Source: Nymphaea colorata
Lineage: Eukaryota
Direction of reading: 5' to 3'
Length of the DNA stretch: 64,000 bases
NCBI RefSeq assembly: GCF_008831285.2
Contig: NC_045138.2
Coordinates: 20,894,001 to 20,958,000 of the forward strand
Shown here: one piece after another, positions 11,922 through 25,749 of the stretch
Layout of the letters: each line of letters begins with the position of its first letter
How positions within the stretch are numbered: the first letter of the stretch is position 1
The notes under the pieces: generated by a model
What the model was told of the DNA's origin: nothing
Databases searched by the model: none
What the model saw: only the letters and a program-made list of their open reading frames with translations
Made by a program: the position numbers and the translations under genes

Positions 11922-12229
11922 CGAGACTAGTTGTGAAAGGGAAAACAATAAGATCCTTTAAATTTGTTTTAAAAAGTATTTTAAACAAAATATGAACCTT
12001 CTAATGTGTTTATAAACATTAATTTAATATGAATCACGACAGGTTTATTTTTATAAAAAAATTGACCTTTCTTCTACCAAAATTTTGATGCATTCATTTT
12101 TTTATTATTAAAAATATTATTAAAATAAAAAATGACTAACTTATGTTTAGCACTAAAGAAAGCAGCTTTTGCGTTGACAATCATAAAATGATGCACAAGG
12201 TTCACAATGACAATATTTCAAAAAGCAGC

Positions 12230-12458
12230 TTTTGCTTTCTTTTCCTCTTGCTACTGCCTAAAGATGGGGAAGTCATCCCCTTTACCCTCGAGGTTTAGGG
12301 CTGTTTCAGGACTTAAGTGGCCGGTGACATACCAGTCAATTAGAGTGTCCCACTATCACTATTTGCGGTCTAGAGGAGTAGTGCCTACTGTAATCGAACT
12401 GACGATCAGGTTCTCATCAGCCTACTAGTCTAACCAGCTATGCTACAGCCCTTGGGGC
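12230..12458 (-). mobile_element. tRNA-derived SINE (degenerate)
   Basis: Minus-strand head GCCCCAAGGGCTG-TAGCATAGCTGG (A box)...AGTTCGATT (B-box-like), followed by a body and an A-rich end near 12230. The 3' boundary is approximate. Confidence 0.55.
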
Positions 12459-14343
12459 AACAATGCATTGCCAACATTTTCCACTAATCTAACGGCCGAT
12501 AATCAGAATAACAGCTGAAGCATAAATCCAACTTCACTTAAAGAAGCACACAATGATCACTATTATTAACAGTGACAACAATGATACAGAGACAGATTAT
12601 GTAGGTTGGCTAATTTCAAAATTTTGGTATTAATTGGTCTCCAGTTAGAAGGTGACATGCATGAGAATTAAGTCTGTGTGCGTGTGCCCACACACATAGA
12701 TAATGAGAGAGAAAGAAAGAGAGCCAGGGTAGTCCACACCAGATAGTAAACAAAAAGATGTAGATATAAAAAAAAAAAAACTGGTTATTCAAGATATTTT
12801 TAGAATTAGTAAATAGCATGGTCAGATATGTACAGTTGAATAAACATTGAGCTTTTGATGGGATTTTTTTCATAAGGATTGGACAAAGATATGTTCATAT
12901 ATTTCTTGACGGCAAATGAAAGCCACAGCAAAAATGATTAATACGCTACATTAGTAAGGGTGGAGTTGTTCACGCGGGTTCCATTCCAACTTCTGGAATG
13001 GATTTCAACTTAGTTGAGCAGACATATCTGTTTCTGTGAACCGCGATTTAGTATCATAGGTTCCTTTGTATCATGCACGCAAGGATGTTCAGTGATCCCA
13101 AGTCAGGCTTGATCTGAACTTGTTCGGTTAAACTCGACTTGAGCTCAACTTGTTTATAAACTAATCAAGTTTATAAACTAATCAAGTTTGACTATAAAGT
13201 TGAACTCATTTTTGAAGCCCGAGTAGTCAAACTTTCTATTAATATATTACTTCCCACGTGGTTGGTAGTTATATACAGGTTTTGCTTTAAAAATATGCAA
13301 AACCTAATTTATTACTATCTCCTTCCTTTCAATTAGGAATGTACAACTAGCAAGTGGAGCTCGAGTTTGATTTGTTTAAGTTTGCATCACTTCATTCATA
13401 TTGTTCTTTAAATTACAATAAAAACTATAAAAAGGTTGTTGAAGTTAATCAAAACATAATAAGATGCCCCTAAAGATTTACAAACTGGAAGACAAGAGCG
13501 CGTCAAGTTCCTATAGCATAAACTCAATTGGTTTATAACTTGAGTTTTAAACTTGAGTCACAAAAAACATGTTTTTAAAAAAAAAATTGAAAAAAGTTGA
13601 TAAATTAAATGGTAGTTTAAAACTTTTAAAAAAGTGTTTTTTGAAAAAAAAACGTTAAAACCGTCCAAACGAGTTTTTAACCTGTTTTTAACATGTTTTT
13701 TGCATTTTTTTTTTACTTTTTTCAGTTTTTTTAATGCCAAACATTTTTTTTCATTTTCTATTTTTATTGTTGCAAATCTACTTATCTTTTAATGTTTGTG
13801 TTATTAGTTTTTTACTTATTTTATTTTTTTCTATCAGATGTTATTTTGTGATTATGATTTTAACTAAATATTAAATTAGAGAAGCTCATATCAAACTTAC
13901 ACGTACACTAGTTCGAGTGAAGCTCGAGTTACCTCTGCTCGCTGTACATCCATACTTGTAACGTTAACATCCAACACTGACAGTGCATGGTCATTGAACG
14001 CCGTCATCTCGAAATCATGGTGGGAAGGTTTAGAAAAAAGATGACCAACTGGTCCTATAAATAGCAAACGTAATTAAGAACGTCAATTGACAAGTAACAA
14101 TCTAACAATTAACAAGCGCTCGCGTAGTCGCGTTCCAGACCATTACTCTCGTTCGTACCGTACTGGTGTTTGATAGATGGTCTTGACCTTAGCAGCAGCA
14201 GCTTCAGCTTGTATTATTTGAGATCTAGAGCCACCCCACTACATTCCAGCCGTGAAGGATTTTCCTTCCCCTCCCACCGATTCCGTTCTGATCGTCAGAT
14301 CTCCGATCACTACTACCTACCGCATTTTCTTGCAGGAAAGGGA

Positions 14344-16419
14344 ATGGGGCTATGGAGTTTCTTCAGCAGAAAGGGGGAATCAGGATTCGGTTGTCGTTCT
14401 TCTGCCGAGCAAGTTACAGATGGAATCGATGCTTCCAACATCACCGCCGTTATCACAGGTCTCCTCTGTCTCTCTCTCACACACCTTTTCGTGTTCTGTT
14501 CTCATTTCTTGTTCTTTTAGGAGGAAGGAGTTTCGTTCGAGTTCCCGCAGATTGGGAAGAACAATATGCATTACTAATCGAGCGTAGGAAAAAAATAAAA
14601 GGAACCAACAGGGTATTAGCAATCAAGCATGGGTAAAAGGATTGATTCAGCTTCTTCTTCTTCTTCTTCTACAATCAGGGGCTACCAGTGGAATCGGCAT
14701 GGAGACTGCGAGAGTTCTTGCTCTGAGGGGAGCGACTGTGATCATTGCTGCGATCAGCCAGGAGCTTGGGGAGGAGGCGAAGGAGAAGATTGTGGAGCAA
14801 GTGGCGGATGCGAAGATCGAAGTGATGGAGCTGGACCTCAGCTCCCTCGCCTCCGTCAGATCATTCTCTGCCGCTTTCCTCTCCTCAAACAAACCCCTCA
14901 ACCTTCTCATGTACGTTGATCGACCCACACCGCATAAATCTTGTTTTGCTCATTTATGGTTGACCGACAGCATCGGATTCTCCCTTTTGGCGGTAAAAGA
15001 AGAAACCCTTTGGCATATTAGGTTCAGGACAGAACTTCGGGGAAAAATGATTCCCTTCGGGTCGTTTTCCATAAAACCGAACGGCCTTCTGGTATAAAAC
15101 CTACAGGTTTGTGTGGGCAGTTGCCCACACCAGCTCGACAATTTCTCTTCATTCTTTATAGAGGTTCTTTACAACTATTTTCTGTTTACATAAAAATATA
15201 TTATGTGGTATAAGAATGAGATTTTCTAAAATAGTGTTTCTTAGATGAAAAACCCTATTTTTATCAACAGGTTTATTAAAATTAGCTTCGTTGGTCTGTG
15301 TGGGTAGCTGATAAAACTATAGTCACACAAAACTCGTCTTTTTAAAAAAAAAATGGAAAAAACGTGATACATTAAATGATTATTTAAAACTTTAAAAAAT
15401 GCATTTTTTTAAAAAACGTTAAAAATGAAAAAACACATTTTTAACAAGATTTTTTCACCTTTTTTTCATTTCTTTAATTTTTTTAATGCTAAACTGTTTT
15501 TTTTTAAATCTTTTGTTTGTTGCAAATCTACTTATCTACTGATGTTTGTGCTATTAGTTTTTCATTTATTTTATTTTTCTTATATTTTTAGTTTTTTAAA
15601 TTTTTTAAAAATTTACCATATTTTTTCTGTTTTTTTCAAACTCGTCGTATCATGCACGAAAAAAACCTGGACATTTCAAACTTTGTTCATATGGATAAAA
15701 CAAAGTCTTGTGAAAGAGGCAAATGCCAAAATCCAACTTTCTCCCACAAACATGAGAGAATGCTTTGAGTCTCTTTAGAAAAAACATAATGGACAAACTT
15801 GCAGATCTCGAGTTGGTTAGAATTGTCTATTTACATATTAGTCACTCAGCTGAGATCATCAACTAATTACCTATTTTTACCTATTTATATAGTTAAATCC
15901 TCAAGTTTGTGCTTCTTTCGATTGTAAAATATCATAGTCTATGTTATTTTTACATGTGAAAGAACACAAATATTACTCAATACACATAAAAACTCATATT
16001 ACCTGTTATTCAGTTTTAATTGATAAAAAAGTCATATATAAAATACTGACAAAACTTTTATAGAAAAAATTCATCATAAAATTTTTTAACCTAATCCAGC
16101 TGAGTCACAGAGTCAACTCTTTATTGAGTTGATTCTAGTTCAAGTCACGGCTTTGTTAACTATAGTAAAAACTGAACTTTGTCAAGACTAAGTCTTTGCG
16201 AACTCACTCTTTTGGCATCACCCAACCCAAGCACACCTAAAATTGGGTTTTAGCGTAAAGGAGTGACAACTTGGGTTTGTCAAATTTTGAAGTCATCCAA
16301 AACACGTCTAAAAATAAGGTTTGAAAGAAAATGTGTTTCCAATTAGTTTAAGGCCGTTATTTGAGATTCTAAATAGCATCATAACCTTTTCTAACGTGTC
16401 TTGTTTTGTTTTTCAAAAG

Positions 16420-16464
<45 letters not shown>

Positions 16465-18076
16465 GTACACTTATTTATTTATATGTATATATATATATTT
16501 AAAATAGCAAACGGCGAGGACTCGTTGATGCATGGTAGGCCACTTTTAGGTGCGGACAAAAAAACTAGAGGCTTATTTATAGATACAATATTAGTAGTAA
16601 TTTGATAGGAACACATATTAACTGAACTGTGTTTGAGTTCAAATATATTTTTTTATTCATAAAATAATTAATGGCTCTTATAATGCCTGTCATTTTTTTA
16701 ATATTACTTAAAAAAAGAGAACCACGATAACAACTAAGCCTAGGCACCGAGCCTGCCCGCCGTCGGGTACCCAGTATCCTGCATGACTGTCGCCCGGGCC
16801 TAGGCTTGGAAAAAAGGAACTGAGGTCAGCCCAATAATTTATCGGGCCAACCCGGCCCGATAAGCTAGGGTGAGTCCGATAATGAGTTTTTTTAATTTAT
16901 TATCATATATATATATATATATGACATTTTATTATGATTAATTATATTTATATAATTCTATTTGTTTAAAAATATTTTTTAAATTTAATTGAGCTGAGCT
17001 CAGGCCAGGCTTGGGCTCAGGCTTTCCAAGTTGGACCGATCCCAGGTTTTAGATGTCGGGCCGGCTCGTGCTCGATTCATTATCAGGCCAGGCTGATGAC
17101 CAGACATAATAACAATTTCAATTAAGGCATGTTGTATGCAAAATTAGTAGTCATAAACATGTTAACATGCTTAGATTTTGTTTAAAATATTTTTCAACAA
17201 GTGTCGCATGGTTTTTTCCCTTTAAGTGATCGTGGTGGATGTATCAAATTCCTAATGCAAGGTGAGTCTCAATTATGCATTATTAGTAGTAAAAAAAGCA
17301 TGGTGGACACACTACCAATCGAAAAGCCAAAGCTTCTACCCAACCCTTTATATTTTTAGAGTATAAGGCATACTTTTGGTGTTTGGAGGTGTCACCTTTG
17401 GTTCAACTTGTGCGTCGATAATTCTCTTTGTACAACATAGAAAGTTAACGCTTATGGCACTCAATATAAAAACTAGCTGTCTAACAAGTATGGCGGAACC
17501 AGAAATTTTTCATGACGGTGGCCGAATTAATTTCTTACTTTTGACTATGGCGAAAATTTTTATATAAAAGTAAAACGAGCGAAATTGTCTAAAATTTACA
17601 TGCAATTTTTTTTTCTAAAATAAATTAAGGTAGGGTTAGGGCCCATGCGGGCCCTACCATAACTCCCCTGCTAACAACCCTCACTTCAACCAGTTGCGCC
17701 CTTGACGTTCCCTTTCAATTTCCTTCTCTTTTATTTCTCTATGTATATATGTCATTCTCAAAGTTTTGGTACACATTTCCTGAAGGCTGGCCTCTCATCA
17801 AAATATAAATAGTGTCTCATTTTTTTCTACCAGAAACAATGCAGGCATTTTTGGATGTCCCTTCCAGCTTTCTGAAGATGGGGTAGAGCTACAATTTGCG
17901 ATTAACTACATTGGTAAGCATGCATGTCTCATGTCAACCCTTTCTCATGTAATCACTTATGATTCAACTTCTTTAATTTAATTCGCTTTTCACAAAGTAC
18001 GAAAACTGGTGTACTACTTAGTTGCCCACACCAGCCTCTTAAAAATTTTTTTTGTACTTAAATAGAAATCTTAAAT

Positions 18077-18139
<63 letters not shown>

Positions 18140-18737
18140 TGTCCCACTAGATTTGAGTTTGCTTAAACAAGTGCCCCTCCAATCAATTTTTCTGGCTCCG
18201 CCACTTGTACTACTTGTCTCTTTTGAACACAAAAAAGAATTTTTCTAATTGATTGAAGTCATATGGCATCATGTGGCACACTGCAGCAATGACTTTTCAA
18301 ACTCACACACTCATATACAAAGGCGGCGCCAAGGGAGGGCCCACATGAGCCCTGACCCCAGTTCAATTTTATTTATAAATTTTAGAAAATTTTATTTGTC
18401 TTATATAAAAATTTTGAAAAATGATATTTCTGCCCATGTCAAAATTTAGAAGCTTTAATTCTGCCCCCTTTATGAAAAATTATATATATATATATATACA
18501 ACTCACTTTAAATTTTTATGCAATTGAAGGAAACTAGAGAACTTCTAAGAGAGTAATTAAGGAAAGAAAGTGAATGCAGGGCATTTCTTGTTGACAAATC
18601 TTTTGATGGAGAAAATGAAAGCCACTGCTCAAAAGAGCGGAATTGAAGGAAGAATTGTGATTGTGGCATCGGCAGGCCATAGCAGAACCTACAAATCTGG
18701 CATTCGATTTGAAAAGATCAACGATCCTTCAGGGTGC

Positions 18738-18781
<44 letters not shown>

Positions 18782-21654
18782 CTTCTTTCTCTCATAACTC
18801 ACTCGTATATACATGCCCCCCACCAAAAATAAAATAAAATAATAAGTTACATGTTTTTTTTTAGAAAATTTCATTTTATTTGTATAAAAATTTTGAAAAA
18901 TTATATTTGCTACCAAAATTTTGAAACTATTGTTTACATCTCTTATTGAAACATTCTTAGCACCAACCCTCGAAGGGTGGGAGAAAGAGAGAGAGAGAGT
19001 GTGTGTGTATGTTTTGCATAATATATATTGTAGCAAATAATTTATTGTTGTTTGTGTGGGATTTTTGTTTCTTGAAAAAAGAAAAAGCTTTTTATTCGTG
19101 AGCTTGAGCTCCTTTTGCTATAGGTACGGGCGATTTGAAGCTTACGGGCAGTCCAAACTCGCCGCCATTCTTCATGCAAGGGAACTTGCTCGACGCCTAC
19201 AGGCAAGTAGACTGATCGTCTCCGTAGAAAGAAGCCACATGAAAAGTTAATTACTGAGAAGATACCTTTCAGGCAACTGCTTAAATCTGGTTCATAAATT
19301 TTAGAAAATGCTTATGCCAGGACTCACTACACTAACAATGGCACTCTAAAACATCGAGAGAATATAAAATAACTTGTATTGATATGTGATCATGTCATCT
19401 TGGTGCACTTATAACGCAGATAAAAGCAGCAATCAAGGTAATTAAACTCTTGAGGAACTGGATGTTCTTAAGTCCAACTATTTAGCTCTGCAAGTCGAGC
19501 TTTTGGCAGTCAAATTGTTTGATGTGCATTTGATCTCTCTCTCTTAGAGGACTTCTTGTCATCAAATTTTGTTATATATTTTCATTTTATCAACTTTCTC
19601 TCTCTAGAAAGAAGGAGCAAAGGTGACGGCGAACTCTCTGCATCCGGGAGCCATACCGACAAACATAGCCCAATACTACATCAAAAATATGGGTAACACA
19701 CCCTACTTCTCTTCTCTTTATGTACATTTTTACGTAGCTAATTAATTGCACCTTCATCTAATCAAATTGTTCTTCAGCTCCTCTCGCACCTCTCATCTTT
19801 ATATCCAGTCCCTTCTTGAAGACTGTCCAGCAGGTACCAATACTTTCCTTTTCCTTTTTGTGTTCAGCTTCATATAAATTGCAAGCTAGAACGATCAACA
19901 TTACAGGAATTATGTTTAGGGAACCAAGCCAATACCAAATACTTATGTATAGACCACTTAAAAGTTATGAACCCGAGATCATGATACTTTCTTTGATGAC
20001 TCTTAAGGGAGTGCTATCTTGATGGTATGGTATGATGGACATCATTTGGGTTGAGGGTTTGTTGTTCTTGGTATCCACTTTGTCAGATACTCATATATTT
20101 CGATTTTGAATACAAAAGATGAAATGTCGTATCTGAATCTGAATCCAAAATCTGATTTTACAATCTGAATCCAATATAAATCTGATTTATTTATATCCAA
20201 ATCCGAATCTGAATTTTTGAACCAGATTTTGCCAATTTTCAAAATGTAGTAAAATTAGATGCAAGATATTTGCCTAAAAATGAATCTGATCCAAATTCGA
20301 TTGGATATTTATGTATATCTGAGTCCGATTGGATGCCATTTTTTAAATCTGAATCCATTCTGATTTCTTAATCGGATACTAAATTTTTTTCTGTATCGGA
20401 CTTTTTCAGATCGGTTCGGTCGGATGTCCAATTCAAATAACATATATTGACATCCCTACTCCCAACCAATAAAAAAACTCTCTGTCCAGCCAGAACAGCC
20501 GAGATTGGACGTGAAAAGGTCAGCATAGAGCAATGCGCTCTAGATAATGCAAAGTCGATATGCTGTTAAAATGATCAACTTCATTTCAAGGATGTCAATA
20601 TATCCTAATTGAATTAGATATTCAACTTAACCCTTCCTGGGAAATCGAATATGAAAAAAAAAAAGTATTATCAGACTAAGAAAGGAAATTAGATTTGAAT
20701 TTAAGAAATGACATCGGATCTGATTCATATATATACATAAATATTTGATCGGATTTAATCTTAAATAAAAATTTTATATCTAATGCTCTTACATTTTGAA
20801 AACCAGTCAGATTCGGTTCAAAATTCGGATTCAAATATTTATGTGAAATCAGATTTGGATTGCGAAATTGGATTTTGGATTCGGATTCATATATGACTTT
20901 TTTTTGTTTGCATGAGAGTCTAAGTTCTATTCTAAATATGTGAATTCTGAAAAAGCAAATAGAGTATATCCGATTAGAATTTAATCCATTGACACCTCAT
21001 TCATTCCAACTAGTCACGAATTTTAGTTTTCAGTGGCACTCTTCATTTTCTCAAGGGTTAATCTGTCATTCCAAAAGAGAATTTTCATGTCTGTTTTCTA
21101 ATTTTTTTTTTGCTAATTTTCTTGTCTGTTTTTTCTATATAAAAAATTCGATAAAAATTAGTGCAAACTTCCCAAATTGATATTAAAATTGTAAAAGAAA
21201 CCTAAAAATGTTTAACATAAACAAACAAAATTTTGAAAAATCCACAAAAAAAAAGATATTTTCATCTAGGAATAAGTGTTTGTTTAGCATTCTTATTGCA
21301 ATACCTTGAGAACAAGATCACCGACAGTCAAATGCAGTGCATTTAAGTTATCAACACCCACCATTGCTCCTTCAAGCACAAAGTAGTGACACATAAATGA
21401 CAAATTTCTAATGTCCTGTAAAATCTAGTTACAAGTTTGATGCAAACGCAAATTTCAAATGTGCGGACAAATTTCAGGGAGCAGCAACGACCTGTTATCT
21501 GGCTCTGCACCCAAATATGGAAGGCGTTTCCGGCAAGTACTTCAGTGATTGCAACGAGGACCAGCCATCAGCTTATGGCAGGGACGCCGATCTAGCGAAG
21601 GGGCTCTGGGAGTTCAGTGAAGAAATGACAAGCACAAAGCTTCCACAGAAATAG
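14344..21654 (+). CDS. Short-chain dehydrogenase/reductase, TIC32-like, copy 1 (8 exons)
   Basis: Exons 14344-14458, 14679-14910, 17834-17913, 18580-18733, 19124-19202, 19608-19692, 19778-19833, 21478-21654 splice in frame. Motifs [43 protein letters not shown]. Intron 5 is GC-AG. Confidence 0.93.
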
Positions 21655-22346
21655 CTTCCAATCTTACGATCGCCTGATCACTGGGCACGAAAGAGTTCTC
21701 CACAGAATTGAAGCAAATTAATAAATGGTGTACTTGCGCGACTTATATCATCGTTCATGACCTTGATTTGTTGCCTTCTTTTCTTAAGTTAAGTGTGGGG
21801 GCGTCGTTGGATTAACTAAACCAATTCAACTATATCTCGGACTCAGACTCATTTGGTAGATGAGTTGAGTTGGATCCTATCTCTAGTTCTTCAACTCTTG
21901 GCGACCTTATCTTGCTTCATCTGCACTTTGACAATCATTTCTTGCATTGTGATGCAGCGATTAGAGACCTACTGGAAAGATGTGCCAATCAATTAAAATT
22001 TACTACCAAACATTAAAATTTTGCCTCCTAAACGTTTCAACACCAGTAAGTAATCGACAAAGTCATGCAAACTGAGGATAAATTAACTGTGAAGCAAGTA
22101 TAAGAAGAAATGAGATCAGATCTGTTAAATCTGCTGTTCTCTTGCCAAAAATGAACCATAGTAAAAAAGATAGAAAGCACCAACTTATCCCCAACACTGA
22201 ACTTATTGGAAAGGAATACAGAGTCATTGGCAAGGAGATAAAGCAAACATGCTAGCAAACTTCCCTGGTAAATGAAGTATCTGACATAGTTGTACTAGTA
22301 AGGGCTGAATTTTCCTTTACATGTTACTCTCCGTCTCTCTCTATAG

Positions 22347-23925
22347 GAGGAAGGAGTAAAGGTGACGGCTAACTCTCTGCATCCGGGAGCCATACCGACA
22401 AACATAGCCCAGTACTACATCAAAAATAGCGGTAACACACCCTACACCTCTTACATTAACTAAAAAAACCCAGTTTTACTGACGGGCCGGAAGTAAGCCG
22501 TCAGTAAAAAAACCCCCACCTTTAACTACATTTAATTTTTTAAAGTAGCTAATTGCACTTCATCTGATCACATTGTTCTTCAGCTCCTCTCGCACCTCTC
22601 ATCTTTATACTCAGTTCCTTCTTGAAGACTGTCCAGCATGTACCAATACTTTCCTTCTCAGCTTCATATAAACTACAAGCTAGAACGATCAACAATCAGG
22701 AATTAAGTTTTGCGAACCAAGCCAATACCAAATACTTGTATAGATTACTTAAAAATTCAGAAGCAGAATGATCGATGTCATGATACTTGTATGTCTCTCT
22801 TATCATGTTTGGTGGGTAAGAGCGTGCTATCCTAATGGTATTCAGAAGTATTGAACAAGGTTGAAAGTTACCACCCCATGGGGTTGTAGCGCACTCGCAC
22901 GGGGAAATGCTCCGTCCGCTAAGAACTCGGAATTGCGTCCTTGGGCATCACCTGTTTGCTCCAGAAGCACTCAGTCTTTGGACCGTAAAAGGGCCTGAAG
23001 AAGTATTGAACAAGGTTGAAAGTTACCACCCCATGGGGTTGTAGCGCACTGGCACGGGGAAATGCTCCGTCCGCTAAGAACTCGGGATCGAGTCCTTGGG
23101 CATCACCTGTTTGCTCCAGAAGCACTCAGTCCTTGGACCGTAAAAGGGCCCGAAAAAGTATTGAACAATGTTGAAAGTTACCACCCCATGGGGTTGTAGT
23201 GCACTGGCACGGGGAAATGCTCCATCCACTAAGAACTTGGGATCGAGTCCTTTTGCATCACCTGTTTGCTCCAGAAGCACTCAGTCCTTGGACCGTAAAA
23301 GGGCCCGAAGCAAGTTCAGTAACCCAGGGGGAGGGCACACCTGTGGCCTCTCTTAGGGCTGTGTAGAATGAACCGATTACCCTAAAAAAAACAGAAAGGA
23401 AAGGTTAAAAGTTACGTCTTGAAAAATATTCAAAATTAGTGGAAAACTTCTCACATTGGCATTAAATTCTAAAAGAAACCTAAAAATGTTTAACATAACC
23501 CCAAAAATTGAAAAATCCCAGAAAAAGAACGGAGATTTTCATTTTTGGGATGAGTTTTCCTGTTGCATTTTTATTGCAATAGCTTGAGAACATCACCGAT
23601 ATGTAAATGCAGTGAATTGACACCTACCAATATTGTTCCTTCATGTACAAAGCAGTAGCACATCAATCATAAAATTTCTTATGCCCTGTAAAATCTAGTT
23701 AAAAGCTTCATCCAAACCCAAATTTCAAATGTGTGAACAAATTGCAGGGGGCAGCAACAACTTGTTATCTGGCTCTGCACCCGAATATGAAAGGCGTTTC
23801 CGGCAAGTATTTCAGTGATTGCAAGGAGGACCAGCCAACAGCTTATGGCAGGGACGACGATCTAGCGAAGAGGCTTTTGGGAGTTCAGTGAAGACATGAT
23901 AAGCACAAAGCTTCCACAGCAATAG
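22347..23925 (+). pseudogene. 3' partial SDR duplicate (exons 6-8 only), frameshifted
   Basis: Exons 22347-22431, 22584-22639 and 23748-23925 match exons 6-8 of the intact copies. An extra T (aggcttttggg versus aagctttggg) gives an early TGA at 23888-23890. No exons 1-5 upstream. Confidence 0.88.
22845..23415 (+). mobile_element. tRNA-derived SINE with 155-bp tandem triplication of head and 5' flank
   Basis: Units start at 22845, 23000 and 23155. A box TAGCGCACTGG, B box GGATCGAGTCC, A tail 23384-23391. TSD aaggttgaaagttac (22857-22871) / aaggttaaaagttac (23401-23415). Confidence 0.8.
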
Positions 23926-25361
23926 TTTCCAATCTTACGATCGCCTGATCAATTACTCACAGAGAATTGAATCAGATATACGTCACTTTGAGTTCTGTCG
24001 TAGCTCAGGTCATCCTTTCGGTTTAATCCAGTGTGATCTTTGTTCTATGATACGGAGCTGTATCTTAATCTATACGATAAGAGAACGATACACAAAATGC
24101 ATGTGTATCATGGCGGTATTGATCATATCTTACAATACAGCTAACCCTTGCACATCACTCAAAAAAAGGTCATTTTACATTTGGTAAAGTTTGAAAATTT
24201 GAAATTTGCAAGGGAAAGTGAAATCTTCTGTCGAACAAATTTTGATAGTAGTCTCTTTGTGAGCCGAGCATCTTCTTATGTGGTTAGCCTACCCACACGA
24301 CCCACCAAGCTCTATTTATTTGCCAAGAATATTTTTGTCTTTTGCTGATATATGCATATTTTCTTCATAAACCTAACTTAAGAGCCACATGATTCTAAGT
24401 TAGTATTTCATAAAGTCCACGTGAACCCAATAGGCTCACACCTAAACCCACCACAAAATCCAGCTTAATTTGGTTTCCTAAAATAGAACTTAGGCTGAGC
24501 CCACCTAGACCCTATGCCGAACCCACGTCTGAACCCATTTCAAGCTGAACCCAGCCGAGGTCCAATTAGATTTAAAAACTCGCATTATTTCAAAATCAAA
24601 ACATATTTGCTTTTGTAGGTCAACTTCAGCCCCTCGGATTCCTATGCACAAATCCCATTTATTATGGTCGGCATGTTTGAATGAAAATTTTGCATGTAAA
24701 TAGTACCTTTTCTTATATGAGCATGTGAATGACTTAAATGCTTGGGGCCACCACATGACCAAGTGAGGCACTTAATTGTCTTTTTTCAAAAACGGTGACC
24801 GGTATTTATTAAAAAATGTAATTTTTCAATTTTGTATTTTTGTCCCCTAGGTTTCTCATATAATCATTTCCTTTTATCAAAGGCATTTTCATTATCACAT
24901 TAGGCTCACACTTTTGCCGTTTTGTCCATATAGGGGAGCTTGTTTTGTCATCCTTGTTTGAATTCTTTTCCGACGTACAACTATTGAATCCTGACTTGCT
25001 TAAAAGATCAAATGAACTCTCACATACAAAATGTGGCAAGAAGTTTTGAACTCAAAGCTTTTCTTTTTTTCCCTACACATCAAAACCCTAATATTTACAT
25101 AAGCACATTTATTTTACTTATATCTAGAACTTGGACTCATTTAATAGATGAGTTGAGTGAAGCCTATCTCTACTTCTTCAAACTCTTGCCAACCTTAGAT
25201 TGCTTCAGCCTTTTAGCAATTGCTTTCTTGTGTTGACTTAGTTTATTACTTCCAACATGGCAATAGTGCCATTCAATAATGCCCTAGCAGAACTAAAGGA
25301 CCACTCAATCTTTTGGTTGAGCAATGTCATTCAAATCCGTTATGGGTCCGACGACCATAAG

Positions 25362-25749
25362 TAGGGATGTCAACTTATCAGATTCGGATTGGATATACCT
25401 TTAATCATATCTGTTTTTTCGGATATTCACATATTTGGATGCAAATACGAATAAAAGAATCCAAAATCAAAAATCCGATTTTACAATTCAAATCTGATCC
25501 AAATCCGATTTTCATATTCGTAAAAGAGCATTAGATGTAGGATATTTGTCTAAAAATAAATTATATCCGAATCTCTACCCGAATCCGATCATATATTTAT
25601 GCATATTTCAATCCGAATCCGATCAAATGTTGTGTCTTCAATCTAAATCCAATCTGATTTCTTAATCAGATGGTGAATTTTTTTCATTATCTAAACTTTT
25701 TGAATCGATTCAATCAAATTGATTCAAATCGGATATATTGACATCCCTA
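25362..25749. mobile_element. hAT-like MITE with (GAATCC)-rich subterminal repeats
   Basis: TIR TAGGGATGTCAA...TTGACATCCCTA; imperfect 8-bp flanks accataag/ttcataag. Related copies at about 5540-5930, 20060-20460, 20590-20995 and 53300-53685. Confidence 0.7.

Noticed and set aside
22845..23310. Regular repeats resembling a CRISPR array, and the two repeated 68-aa ORFs
   Set aside because: Whole 155-bp units repeat with no unique spacers; explained as a SINE head triplication in plant DNA.
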